A stretch of 64,000 nucleotides of DNA from contig OY969763.1 in assembly GCA_963702845.1 (NCBI GenBank), positions 3,616,001 to 3,680,000 of the forward strand, in the 5' to 3' direction. The notes under the pieces were generated by a model. That model was not told where the DNA came from and did no database searches. It saw nothing but the letters and a program-made list of their open reading frames with translations. The stretch's first letter is position 1. Each line of letters begins with the position of its first letter. Both the position numbers and the translations under genes were made by a program. Of this stretch, positions 39,701 through 50,158 are shown piece by piece. Source of the stretch: an uncultured Verrucomicrobiae bacterium. GTDB lineage: Bacteria; Verrucomicrobiota; Verrucomicrobiia; Limisphaerales; Palsa-1400.

Positions 39701-41805
39701 AAACGACGTCCGCAAAATCGAATAACGATCCCCCAGTTGTTGGATGGCACGATTGACTTTGGCGGCATCGAATTGGCCGCTGATTTTGTAACTGAAAATA
39801 TCGTGGTAAACTGCCGAGCCCGGATCGAGCTGGCCGTGATAAACCATTCCAATTTGCAACTGCGACATCGGGTATGCGTCCTCGACATCCACCGTCAACA
39901 ACTTCGTGTCGCTCTCGCTGATGAGTTGCGCCTCATCGTTGGACCGCGTCGATTCCTGTCGCACGTGCAGCAAGTCGACGATGTTTCCCGCCCTGAACAA
40001 ATCGGCTGCGGTGAAATGAACGCCGGCTTTGGCCGCGCGCGACACCACTTGGATGCTGCGAATCGAATCGCCTCCCAATTCAAAAAAGCTGTCGTGAATT
40101 CCAACTGGCTCCACGTTCAACACACCCTGCCAGATCTCGGCCAAAATCTTTTCCTTGGGATTTCGCGGCGCCACATACGGGTGCGTCAGATGCGGTCGGC
40201 ATCGATTTGGCGGCGGCAAAGCGTTTCGGTCCAGTTTCCCGTTCGTCGTCAAGGGAAACGATTTCAGCGCGACGAACTTTGCCGGAACCATGTAGGTTGG
40301 CAGCTTATCGGACAAAAAATTGCGCACGGCGGTAAAGTCAGCCACCGCGCTCCGCCAGATCACGTAGGCGACGAGCTGCTTGTCTTCGTCCGGCGTTTTC
40401 CTCAATAAAACCTTACAGTCGGCAACTTCTGGATGCTTGTTGATCGCGGCCTCGATGTCGCCGGTCTCAACGCGAAACCCGTGGATCTTCACCTGATCGT
40501 CGTTTCTGCCGAGATATTCCAATTCGCCGTTATCCAATACACGCGCGCAATCGCCCGATTTATACAAACGGCGACCCGGCAAAGGACAAATTGGATCGGG
40601 AATGAAACGTTCCGCGGTCAATTCAGCCCGATTTAAATACCCAATCGCTACCCCTGCTCCACCGACGTAAATTTCACCTTCACCGCCGCGTCCAACCGGC
40701 CGCATGTCCGAATCCAGAACATGCACCTGCAAATCCGGAATCGGCACACCAATCGGACTTCCCCGCCCGCGCTCGACGTCCGCTCGTGTGATTCTTCGGA
40801 ACGTCACATGCACTGTTGTCTCCGTGATGCCGTACATGTTGATCAACTGCGGTTGGCTGTCGCCATGTCGCTCGATCCACGGTCGCAAAGGCGCAAGATC
40901 CAAAGCTTCACCGCCAAAAACGACGCAACGTAAACTCAATTGCAGCTGTTCACGCGCGTTCTCTTCCGCTGAGATCAATTGTCGAAAAGCCGATGGCGTT
41001 TGATTCAACACCGTCACTTTTTCCGCGCTCAGCAAATGATAAAATGTTTCCGGCGTGCGACTGACCCAATACGGCACCACCACAACGCGACCACCATAAA
41101 AGAGCGCACCCCAAAGTTCCCAAACCGAGAAGTCGAAACCATAGGAATGAAACAACGTCCAGACATCATCCTTCGTGAACCGAAACCAGTGCTCGGTTGA
41201 AGTAAATAAACGTGCCACGTTGTAGTGCGACACCACCACCCCCTTCGGCTTGCCCGTCGACCCCGAAGTATAAATCACGTAAGCAGGCCAATTCGACAGA
41301 ACGGTGATATCCAGATTTTCCGTTTGCTCGCGTTCCAACGTCGGTTGCCAATCGTCGAGGTCGAAAACAACTTGTGGCGTTTCTTGGAGCTTCGCCGCGA
41401 CGCTGCGTTCCGTGATCACCAGCGCGACACCCGCGTCGTCCATGATGAACTTCAGCCGTTCCCACGGATAAGCCGGATCCATCGGCACATAAGCCGCGCC
41501 CGACTTCAGCACCGCCAGGATCGCGACCACAGTATTGAGTGAACGGTCCAGGAACAGCCCCACGCGCGAACCTGGTTTGACGCCCGAAGCGCGTAACAAA
41601 TGCGCCAGTTGATTACTGCGCGCGTTCAACTCCTCGTAACTGAGCGTGGTGCCGCCGCAACTCGCTGCAACACGTCCCGGTGACTTGCAGCTTGCCGCTC
41701 AAAAATTCGTGCAATTCCGCCAGCCTGCCATTCGCGTTGTCGCGAAGCGCTTCCCGATGGGTTGCAAACCGCTGGCGCGGGGGCCTCTTTCTCTAGGGTC
41801 GCCAT
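36734..41805 (-). CDS. two-module NRPS A-T-C-A-T without thioesterase; 5' frameshift near 41670
   Basis: two YTSGSTG/FTSGSTG A domains, T motifs GGDSI and GGHSL, C motif HHAILDG; N-terminus continues in ORF 41626..41949 (IARIFERQA). Confidence 0.92.
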
Positions 41806-42003
41806 CCGCGGAATTATGAACCGCACCCGCTTCGTTAAAATCAGGGTTGTTCCGAAACGAATGCAGTTGCAAGCGACGAACAACCGTAGGTTAAAACCCG
41901 AGTCACGACCGAGATGTGATGCGAAAAATGCGCGCGGTCGCAGTCGCATTATATAAATGCGAGCAGCAATCGACGAAGAGCGAACCTATAAGGGCAAACT
42001 AAA

Positions 42004-43845
42004 CTAACGCAATCGCTGGCAAGCGTCTTTGACGATCCAACGGGTCTTCTCCAGCGCGCACACGGCCGCCGCACTATCTTTGCCGGTGATTGCAACCACG
42101 ATGCGCACAGCGCGCTCGCGCAACTTCTTGTTGGAGGCGTTCATGTCCACCATCAAGTTGCTGACCACTTTGCCGATCTGCACCATCGAAAGCGTCGTCA
42201 ACATATTCAGGACGAGCTTCGTTGCCGTTCCCGCTTTGAGCCGGGTTGAACCAGTCAAAACTTCGGGACCGACTTGCGGTGCGATCACGATGTCAGGCAT
42301 CGATTTCGCTGGAATGTCCAGGTGCGGATTGAAACAAAGGAAAACAGTTTTCGCACCGCGCTTCTTCGCGGCATTCAGCGCACCCCAGACAAACGGCGTG
42401 CGTCCACTCGTTGCAATGCCGATCACCGTATCGCGCTTATTCACGCCACGATTGTGAATCGCTTCAATGCCCGCGATGACGTCGTCTTCCGCCCCTTCAA
42501 CAGAACGCCACAATGCGCTCTGTCCGCCAGCGATGATGCCTTGCACTTTGTCCGGCGGAACACGGAACGTCGGAGGGCATTCCGAAGCATCGAGAACACC
42601 CAGTCGCCCGCTCGTTCCCGCGCCGACATAAAGCAACCGTCCACCACGATTGAATGAATCAACAATGAACTCAACCGCCTGCTCGATCCTTTTCGATTCC
42701 TTCAGCAACGCGCCCGGAATCTGGTTCTCTTCTTCGATCATCAACTCGATTGCTTTGCTCAACGGCAGTTTATCGAGGTTCAGCGAACGCGGATTGCGTT
42801 GTTCCGTCGGCGACAAAGTCGTCGATGTCGGGAAAATGGAAGTATCGATTTCCGATTTGTGAACGACGATCGGCACATATTTACGGGTGAGCACTTGCGC
42901 GCCTTTGCTGAAACGTTCCTCAGCAAGTTCGATCGTTCCCCAAATACTTTCGCGCTTCGACGGCGTGACGAACGCCTTCGGCCACATCTTCATCAGCTTG
43001 GTGCGAACCAGCGCGGAAAATTTCGGCTGCTTGAGCAATACGCTGCCGGCAAAAACAAATTCAACAGACGCATTTGCCTTCACCAGGCGCTTCGCGCAAT
43101 TGACTCCGTCGACCGCGAGACTTTCTGCCGCGCTCTCCAAAATGTCCTTGGCAACCTTGTCGCCCCTTTGCGCCGCTTCGAAAACTTTGATCGCAACGCG
43201 TGCGATGTCGGGTTTGGACGCTGTCTTGCACCAATCGATCAAATCGTCGGGCTGATTCAGCAAAAGAAATTCCAGGACAGAACGACCGAGCAAACCCAAT
43301 TCACCGTCGCGGTCCAGATAGTAGACAATCGCCTTCAAGGCACGCAGCCCGATTTCATAACCGCTTCCCTTGTCACCGATGATATGTCCCCAACCGCCCA
43401 GACGCGCCGTCTTCCCTTCGCGCGTGCGTCCGAAACAGCACGAACCGGTTCCGCTCAAAATCAGGACACGCGCCTGATACTTGTGCGCGTTCACATTTTC
43501 GGCCGCGACTAGGGCAGGCTCCAAGTCGTTGGTCGCGTAGCATGGTATTTTAGGCCAGACTTTCGCTGCCGCTTCCCGGACACGCTCACGGTCGGACTCG
43601 TTTCGCGCACCGGCAATACCAATAACAATACCCGCCAAAGGAGGCATTGATTCGGTTTGAATAGTGCGGACACGTGTAAAATGTTGGATGAGTTGGTGAT
43701 CGTCCATTAATCGGACGTTCGCCGGACCATATTCCGCGCGTATGCACGGAAGGTCATCGCCTTGACACAAGAGAACGGTGCTGCGCGTGGCGCCGCATTC
43801 AATCCCGAGCAAGGCACTAGGTTGGGTTTCTATTGCCCCGGACAT
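42004..43845 (-). CDS. murQ: BadF/BcrA-type sugar kinase fused to N-acetylmuramic acid 6-phosphate etherase
   Basis: N-term LGIECGATRS, SGTGS, GGWGHIIGDKGSG; C-term TEQRNP, GAGTSGRLGVLDASECPPTF, GSTRLKAGTA. Confidence 0.9.
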   Translation of the reverse strand: MSGAIETQPSALLGIECGATRSTVLLCQGDDLPCIRAEYGPANVRLMDDHQLIQHFTRVRTIQTESMPPLAGIVIGIAGARNESDRERVREAAAKVWPKIPCYATNDLEPALVAAENVNAHKYQARVLILSGTGSCCFGRTREGKTARLGGWGHIIGDKGSGYEIGLRALKAIVYYLDRDGELGLLGRSVLEFLLLNQPDDLIDWCKTASKPDIARVAIKVFEAAQRGDKVAKDILESAAESLAVDGVNCAKRLVKANASVEFVFAGSVLLKQPKFSALVRTKLMKMWPKAFVTPSKRESIWGTIELAEERFSKGAQVLTRKYVPIVVHKSEIDTSIFPTSTTLSPTEQRNPRSLNLDKLPLSKAIELMIEEENQIPGALLKESKRIEQAVEFIVDSFNRGGRLLYVGAGTSGRLGVLDASECPPTFRVPPDKVQGIIAGGQSALWRSVEGAEDDVIAGIEAIHNRGVNKRDTVIGIATSGRTPFVWGALNAAKKRGAKTVFLCFNPHLDIPAKSMPDIVIAPQVGPEVLTGSTRLKAGTATKLVLNMLTTLSMVQIGKVVSNLMVDMNASNKKLRERAVRIVVAITGKDSAAAVCALEKTRWIVKDACQRLR

Positions 43846-44050
43846 TTTGGATTTGGGTTTAGGTTTGGGTTTAAATTTACGTTTTGGTTTTTTCAAACGC
43901 ACATTTCAGACGCACATTAATACATTGTCAACGAACCGTTTTCCACGTTTTTCTACGGTTTAACGTCATTTTTCTTTCGATAGCGATGGTGTATGTTACA
44001 ACACGCCCCGGTAGCAAGGGAAAGCTCATTTAAACCTTTTTACCCGTATT

Positions 44051-44272
44051 ATGACCGCCGCCGAACGCGAAATCCTGGCCACTCTGGAGCAAATCCAATC
44101 TGCTGTCGCACACATGCGCACCGCCAATCCCAAGCCGGACTTAAAGCCGCTGTTCGCAAAATTAGACAACCTTACCAAAAGCCTTCCCAGGGAAACCGAC
44201 CCGCAACTCTTGCACTTCCTCCATCGCGGCAGCTACGAAAAAGCGCAGCAATGGTTGCAAGCGCAAAACTGA
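44051..44272 (+). CDS. small helical hypothetical protein
   Basis: 73-aa amphipathic ORF. Confidence 0.55.
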   Translation: MTAAEREILATLEQIQSAVAHMRTANPKPDLKPLFAKLDNLTKSLPRETDPQLLHFLHRGSYEKAQQWLQAQN

Positions 44273-44419
44273 GGTCACCTCAGTCACATCCCCTATCTGC
44301 ACGTCCGGTTTCGACGGATAGCTCTGCCTACAAGATGTTAATAAAAAGTAACAAGAACGTCTTGAACTATGACAAGAGCTTCGACAATGTCGCACTGCGA
44401 ATCTTCGGATGCCGCGGAA

Positions 44420-44785
44420 ATGAAACCTAAAGCTGCCGCAACGTATTTAAGCCTCCTCGTCCCTTCCGGTCTCTTTTTTGCGATACTTTGGTCATGGCTC
44501 GCTCCGAACCGCTTCTACCACTGCGCTGACCCGGTTCCGATTCAGTCCTTCATACCGCCCTTTCTGCATAACCATGCTGGCAGATACATTGACTCCTTCA
44601 TCGCACCAGAAATTGCCGTTTACATGACCTGGCTGACGTTCCTCATCCTTGCGCTCGTGCTACCCTTGATCGCGAGCTTCGCCATTGTGCGCGCGTTCCG
44701 TTTCAACCGCTGGCGCGAAGTCCGCCGCGCCGCCACGTCACGTCCACCCACCATGCGCGCTAATTCGATGACGCGAGGGAAATAA
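44420..44785 (+). CDS. hypothetical membrane protein
   Basis: two hydrophobic segments. Confidence 0.45.
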   Translation: MKPKAAATYLSLLVPSGLFFAILWSWLAPNRFYHCADPVPIQSFIPPFLHNHAGRYIDSFIAPEIAVYMTWLTFLILALVLPLIASFAIVRAFRFNRWREVRRAATSRPPTMRANSMTRGK

Positions 44786-44881
44786 ATTCCCTTCCTGCGC
44801 TTCACCCGTGTTCATTCGCTGTTTCATCAGTGGCAAAAAAATCTTTAGCCTTCAGCCTTTAGCCGTTAGCCTTTCTTAAGA

Positions 44882-45289
44882 ATGTCCGCCTCAAAACAGC
44901 TCAAAGAAAGCCAGCGCGCTGCCCAGAAACATCACGAACTGATCGCCGAACTACAGGAATTGGTTCAAGACATCACCCGCTGCGAAAAAACGATCACCGC
45001 ACTGCAAATCGAGTTGAATGAGACGAACGCGAAATATTCCGGCCAACGAAACACCAAACAAGACGTCGAATTTCTGACCGTGTTACTAGATTGCTCTAAA
45101 CGCAAACTGGCCTGGGAAAAACAAATCGCGAGCCTGCAGAAACGCACGCCTGAACTGCTGGAACGGATGACCAGCTTCCTGAACGACCCGGTCAACCCAC
45201 CGAGCAACGAATCGCGCGCGCAGATTTTGGAATCACTCCAAGCCGTTCAATCCACCATGGAAAAACTCCAAACCATCGGAGTTTCGTAG
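44882..45289 (+). CDS. coiled-coil hypothetical protein
   Basis: 135-aa heptad-rich ORF. Confidence 0.6.
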   Translation: MSASKQLKESQRAAQKHHELIAELQELVQDITRCEKTITALQIELNETNAKYSGQRNTKQDVEFLTVLLDCSKRKLAWEKQIASLQKRTPELLERMTSFLNDPVNPPSNESRAQILESLQAVQSTMEKLQTIGVS

Positions 45290-45371
45290 AGCTCGATGAT
45301 ATTCTCCCATTTGAATCTTGGAGCTTGAAGCTTCTTTGAATTTTGGAGTTTGAAGTTTCCTACCCGGCCCT

Positions 45372-46697
45372 TCACGCGCCAATAATCTTCTTCACCAACA
45401 CCCTAGCCGTCGTCACTGGTTGCGGCCCAATCTTGTACGCCTCGTGCAACATTGCCAGCGCTTCAGCCAGCTTCTCGTTGCTGTTATAATGGACCGTTGC
45501 GATCGTTTCCCCCGCCTTCACGGCATCGCCAATTTTCTTGTGCAATTCCAATCCAACCGCGAAATCGAGCACATCCTCCTTCTTATTGCGCCCCCCACCC
45601 AGGACCAGGCTGGCGACGCCGACCTGTTCGCATTGCACACTCTGGATATAACCGCTCACATCCGCCTTGAAATCGATTCTGTTTTTCGCTGTCGGCAAAC
45701 GTGACGTGTCATCAACCACCTGTGCGTCACCCTTTTGCAACTGCACCATTTCGCGAAACCGATTCAGCGCCTCGCCGTTCATGATCATTTCTTCGGAAAG
45801 TTTCATCCCGTCCTGCACTGATGCAACGCGGCCGGCCAGATAAAACATCGACGCCGCCAACCCGAGCGAAAGCGCGCGCAAATCTTCGCTCATTGGCTTG
45901 CGGTCACCGTGCAAAATCTCGATGCATTCCAAAACTTCGAGCGCATTACCAACACATCGGCCGAGCGGCTGATCCATATCAGTAATTAACGCCGCCATTT
46001 TCTTGCCCATGCGTTCGCCGGTATCGACCATCATTTGCGCAAGCAACTCGGCGTCCTCCTGCCGTTTCATGAACGCGCCCGAACCGGTCTTCACATCCAA
46101 CACCAGCGCATCGATTCCCTCCGCCAACTTCTTGCTCATAATGCTCGCGCAAATCAGCGAAGGACTTTCGACCGTCCCCGTCACATCGCGCAACGCGTAC
46201 ATCTTTTTATCCGCCGGCACGATCTCGGCCGTCTGCCCGACAATCGCGCAACCGCATTGCTTCAAAACGGACATAAACTCATCCGGCGACAAATTCACAT
46301 TAAAACCCGGAATGGCTTCGAGCTTATCAAGCGTCCCGCCCGTATGGCCCAAGCCGCGACCACTAATCATCGGCACGGTCAGCCCACCGGCCGCCACAAT
46401 CGGCGCCAGAATCAAAGAAGTCTTATCCCCTACTCCACCGGTCGAATGCTTATCAACCTTTACACCCGAAATCTCCCGCAAATCCATGACCTTACCGGAC
46501 GCCAACATCGCCTCCGTCAAAGCAGCGGTTTCAGCCGTAGACATGCCCTTCAACAAAACCGCCATCATCCAACAAGCCATCTGGTAATCGGGCACATCTC
46601 CGCGAGTGAAGGCTTCGACCAGTGAGGTAATTTCTTTAGGGGTAAGCTCCGCTCCATCGCGCTTTTTGCGGATCAAATCAACAGGACGCATTGCCAT
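45372..46697 (-). CDS. pdp: pyrimidine-nucleoside/thymidine phosphorylase
   Basis: DKHSTGGVGDKTS, SGRGLGHTGGTLDKLE, SIMSKKLAEG. Confidence 0.95.
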   Translation of the reverse strand: MAMRPVDLIRKKRDGAELTPKEITSLVEAFTRGDVPDYQMACWMMAVLLKGMSTAETAALTEAMLASGKVMDLREISGVKVDKHSTGGVGDKTSLILAPIVAAGGLTVPMISGRGLGHTGGTLDKLEAIPGFNVNLSPDEFMSVLKQCGCAIVGQTAEIVPADKKMYALRDVTGTVESPSLICASIMSKKLAEGIDALVLDVKTGSGAFMKRQEDAELLAQMMVDTGERMGKKMAALITDMDQPLGRCVGNALEVLECIEILHGDRKPMSEDLRALSLGLAASMFYLAGRVASVQDGMKLSEEMIMNGEALNRFREMVQLQKGDAQVVDDTSRLPTAKNRIDFKADVSGYIQSVQCEQVGVASLVLGGGRNKKEDVLDFAVGLELHKKIGDAVKAGETIATVHYNSNEKLAEALAMLHEAYKIGPQPVTTARVLVKKIIGA

Positions 46698-46756
46698 TAT
46701 TAAACCGCAAAAAACACACAAAACGCAAAGCTATTCCACGTATCCCAAGTCTCCGC

Positions 46757-46803
46757 GTATCGCAGGTTTCCAAACCTGCTGTATCGCCGGTTTCCAAACC
46801 GGC
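46757..46803 (+). repeat. REP doublet upstream of the RAYT
   Basis: GTATC-GCAGGTTTCCAAACCTGC and GTATC-GCCGGTTTCCAAACCGGC. Confidence 0.9.
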
Positions 46804-46910
46804 AGACGTAAGAAATTTCAAAACCATAAAAACTTACCCCAAACCTCCGTCAACAACACACCTCCATCAATCCCTCTCGACAATCATCAACCGAATTTTA
46901 GGATGAAATC

Positions 46911-47150
46911 GTGGAACGCCCCGACGACGACCAAACAAACCGCGGACTCGATCGAGTTCCCCACGAACTTCGTGCCGACGGCATCAAAGCCGATTCCCGC
47001 ACGCCACTTCGCTCAGGCATCCACAGCCGCGGATACTTGCCCCACATCAAACGCGAAGGCGCATCTTACTTTGTTACGTTTCGTCTGGCTGGTGCGTTAC
47101 CAAAAGAAGTTCTACTGAGATTCGAAGCCGAAAAAGCCCCCCGATTACGG
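46911..47150 (+). pseudogene. truncated duplicate of the RAYT 5' end
   Basis: GIHSRGYLPHIKREGASYFVTFRLA, interrupted by a new REP doublet at 47163. Confidence 0.8.
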
Positions 47151-47162
47151 TGTGTCGCAGCC

Positions 47163-47209
47163 GTATCGCCGGTTTCCAAACCTGCCGTATCGCCGGTTTC
47201 CAAACCGGC
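47163..47209 (+). repeat. REP doublet (second copy)
   Basis: same GTATCGC..GGTTTCCAAACC palindromes. Confidence 0.9.
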
Positions 47210-47314
47210 AGACGTAAGAAATTTCAAAACCGTAAAAATTTACCCCAAACCTCCATCAACAACACACCTCCCAATCCCTCTCGACAATCATCAACCGAAT
47301 TTTAGGATGAAATC

Positions 47315-47994
47315 GTGGAACGCCCCGGCGACGACCAAACAAACCGCGGACTCGAGCGAGTTCACCACGAACTTCGCGCCGACGGCATCAAAGCCGATGC
47401 CCGCACGCCACTCCGCTCAGGAATCCACAGCCGCGGTTACCTACCACACGTCAAACGTGAAGGCGCATCTTACTTTGTTACATTTCGCCTGGCTGATGCG
47501 TTACCAAAAGAAGTCCTGCTGAAATTCGAAGCCGAAAAAGCCCAACGACTGCGACGTTTGGACTTAATGATTAAACGCGGCGAAAAGTCGAACGTTACCT
47601 TGATTGCGGGCACGGAGCTTGTCATCTCCGACGCCCCGATATAGCCGAGTTGGTCGCCAATGCCCTGAAGTTTTTCCACAACGAACGTTATTTACTGAAC
47701 GAATGGGTCGTCATGCCCAATCACGTCCACGCGCTGCTTTGGCCAATGCCCAACCATTTGTTGAGCGAGATTCTAAAATCCTGGAAACAGTTCACATCCA
47801 GAAACGCAAAGCCGATTCTGAAACTCGATGGGGAAGATGAGTTCTGGCAACGAGAATTCTACGACCATTGGATACGTAACGACGACGACAACGCGCGCAT
47901 TGCGCGATACATTCGTAACAATCCGGTCACCGCAGGCTTGTGTGCGCGGACGGAAGATTGGCGATGGAGTAGTGCCAATGCTCAGCCGACTTAG
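47315..47994 (+). mobile_element. REP-associated tyrosine transposase (RAYT/TnpA-REP, Y1 HUH family); frameshift or deletion near 47585
   Basis: RGYLPH..YFVTFRLAD, VMPNHVH (HUH), FWQREFYDHWIR, YIRNNPV..WRWSS; flanked by inverted REP doublets. Confidence 0.88.
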
Positions 47995-48018
47995 CAAGTA
48001 ATCGATATCTCGAGGCCT

Positions 48019-48065
48019 GCCGATTTGGAAATCGGCGATACGGCAGGTTTGGAAACCTGCGATAC
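48019..48065 (-). repeat. inverted REP doublet downstream of the RAYT
   Basis: GCCGATTTGGAAATCGGCGATAC and GCAGGTTTGGAAACCTGCGATAC. Confidence 0.9.
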
Positions 48066-48122
48066 TCCAAGGAACGCTTTTCCTTTGCGACAGCTCCACG
48101 CGCAAGGTAGGTTTGATTTGCC

Positions 48123-48737
48123 ATGAAAAACATCATTTCCACCTCATGCATCGTGGCCGCTTTGCTCCTGCAAACAATCCACCTCCATGCCGACCAGGTG
48201 GACATGCAAAATGGCGATCGCTTCATCGGCAAGGTCCTCTCGCTCGATACGAACACGCTCGTTTTGAAAAACGAGAACCTGGGCGCCATCCGATTGCCGC
48301 GCGCCAAGGTGTCAAACGTGACGTTTGGTTCGAACACGGCAACAAACGCGGCACCGGCGGCGATCGTCCCAAACAGTCAACCGCCAACACCAGCGGTCGT
48401 CACGACAAACGACCAGGCCGATTTGGCCGCTTCCCTCAAAGCGCTCGGCGCGAACACGAACTTTATCAAGCAGGTGCAATCGCAATTTCTCGCCGCCGCC
48501 GGTCCCGAAGCAAACGCCAAGTTCAACGAAATGGTCTCCGGTATGATGAGCGGCAAAATGGACATCAATGGCCTTCGCGCCCAAGCGAAACAAGCCGCCG
48601 CCAACCTGAAGCAATTGAAACGCGAAACAGGCGACGACACCGGCATGCTGGACGGCTACCTTTCAATCCTCGAAAACTTCTTACAAGAGAGTGCGCCCAG
48701 CACTAATTCTCCGCCCCCGAAAGCAAAACAGAACTAG
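48123..48737 (+). CDS. secreted hypothetical protein
   Basis: signal peptide; DQVDMQNGDRFIGKV domain. Confidence 0.7.
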   Translation: MKNIISTSCIVAALLLQTIHLHADQVDMQNGDRFIGKVLSLDTNTLVLKNENLGAIRLPRAKVSNVTFGSNTATNAAPAAIVPNSQPPTPAVVTTNDQADLAASLKALGANTNFIKQVQSQFLAAAGPEANAKFNEMVSGMMSGKMDINGLRAQAKQAAANLKQLKRETGDDTGMLDGYLSILENFLQESAPSTNSPPPKAKQN

Positions 48738-48925
48738 ACCATCGCGCGTCGTCGCGCCTTCGTCGCCCCGAAACCTCCCCTGTCCGCCATAGCCTTCGGC
48801 GACGGCGGAACGCCAGAAATTTGCAACTTCTGGACTCCGCTCTCTTTCTCAAAAACACGCACCCTTTAAATCCCTTGTTCGCTTATTAAAAATCTGCGAA
48901 CGCTTGTCGTATATTAATAGTTGAT

Positions 48926-49216
48926 ATGCGAGCAAAGCTGCAAACGTGCATTTTGGTTTTGGTGCTTGGCGGCCTGTGCCTTGGCATATTCAGTTTCGTT
49001 GGCGATCGTCTGCAGCCTCACTGGGTGCTCCAGCTTGGCGGTGCTGATTATGGGCTGTGGGTTATAAAATCGAACGTATTTTTGCTTTTCCGCAGTGCGC
49101 AGTTCGAGATTTCACGTTTCATAGATACGACAGCTCTTTCCATGCTCGCGCTTGGCTTAATGGTAGGCATGTGGGCTCGGCACAGAGGACGAGGGCGATA
49201 TGGCGCGTCTAACTAA
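48926..49216 (+). CDS. cassette-like ORF 1, small membrane protein
   Basis: hydrophobic 96-aa ORF whose last codons overlap the attC R'' box. Confidence 0.55.
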   Translation: MRAKLQTCILVLVLGGLCLGIFSFVGDRLQPHWVLQLGGADYGLWVIKSNVFLLFRSAQFEISRFIDTTALSMLALGLMVGMWARHRGRGRYGASN

Positions 49217-49330
49217 CCGCTCCAGCCAACACCCGCCGCTCTTGGCATTTCCATTCCGGCGGATATTCTGTTGTCACTGGCTGCGGCCACGTCCCGCTCC
49301 GGCGGCTGCGGCTGAGCTGAAATGTGAGGC
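49207..49330 (+). other. integron attC site 1
   Basis: R'' GTCTAAC, L'' GCTCCAGCC, L' GGCTGAGC, R' GTGAGGC. Confidence 0.75.
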
Positions 49331-49339
49331 ATATACAAC

Positions 49340-49657
49340 ATGAGTGACGTTCGGCCATTAAACCGTGCCGTGTTCGTGCCCGATTGGGTGTTCATCGTGT
49401 TATTTGTGACCACCCTCATTGGTTCTATCGTCACTCAGACCGTTTGGTTCCTTGTTGGCCTTGTCGTTGCAATTCTCGTACAAGGTTTTTACGTTTGTCT
49501 GATTGCCCGTTGTCCCAATTGCGGCGCTCGTGGCTTTTTATTGCGCGGTGGCGAAACAACGGGATACGATCGCCCATATCGCCTGCATTTGGAGTGCCGA
49601 CGTTGTCGCACGCTTTTTGACACAGGCCGGATTCGGAAGAACGAGTACTCTAATTAG
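49340..49657 (+). CDS. cassette ORF 2: two TM helices plus CxxC..CxxC zinc ribbon
   Basis: ATG just after the attC1 R' box; CPNC and CRRC motifs. Confidence 0.6.
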   Translation: MSDVRPLNRAVFVPDWVFIVLFVTTLIGSIVTQTVWFLVGLVVAILVQGFYVCLIARCPNCGARGFLLRGGETTGYDRPYRLHLECRRCRTLFDTGRIRKNEYSN

Positions 49658-49899
49658 CTCATGATGAAATCGGTGCCTAACGATGGCGCTTCAGCGCCTA
49701 TGAGGTTTGTCAATACGTAGTGTGCGTCGATGATAGTTTTTTTGGGGTTGATCGCGCGGAGCGCAGTGGAACGAAGCGCAGTCGCGCGCGGCAGGCGGTT
49801 GGACATTGGTTCGATCCGCACCTGTTGTTCTTCTCGAGTCTCCGCTTATCTGTTCCTCTTCAAAGTTCCTTTCTTATTTCTCTCAAAGCAGGTTGCGTG

Positions 49900-50158
49900 A
49901 AGTTTGCTGCATCGGTGTCGCCGCGTTTTGTGTGTCGGGAGTTTGTCCCGCACCAGCTCCTATCCGGACAGTTGAGATAAGACTCAACGCCCACTGTGTC
50001 TTACTTGCCTGACTGCGGCGACCGGGGAGTCCGCCCCTTCTAACGGACGGATGAACGCAAGGTTCACCAGCTGAAGCTACGGACTGGACTCGCCCGATCG
50101 CAAATTGTTTCACGCTCTTAACTCTGGAGGTTCTACTCACGAAAAAATTAAATGTGGT
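49900..50158 (-). ncRNA. candidate bridge/seekRNA of the IS1111-type element (ends approximate)
   Basis: minus strand contains GCTTCAGC (50077-50070), identical to the target flank, and ATAGGAG (49963-49957), identical to the reconstructed circle junction. Confidence 0.55.

Noticed and set aside
43846..43902. 6-bp periodic repeat (KPKPKPKSK) before the murQ fusion
   Set aside because: Short low-complexity stretch, possibly a basic N-terminal tail; period and context differ from the 10-bp arrays.
49800..49825. GGTTCGATCC T-loop-like motif suggesting a tRNA
   Set aside because: No cloverleaf can be built and it lies inside the IS non-coding end; no tRNA or rRNA genes were found in the window.
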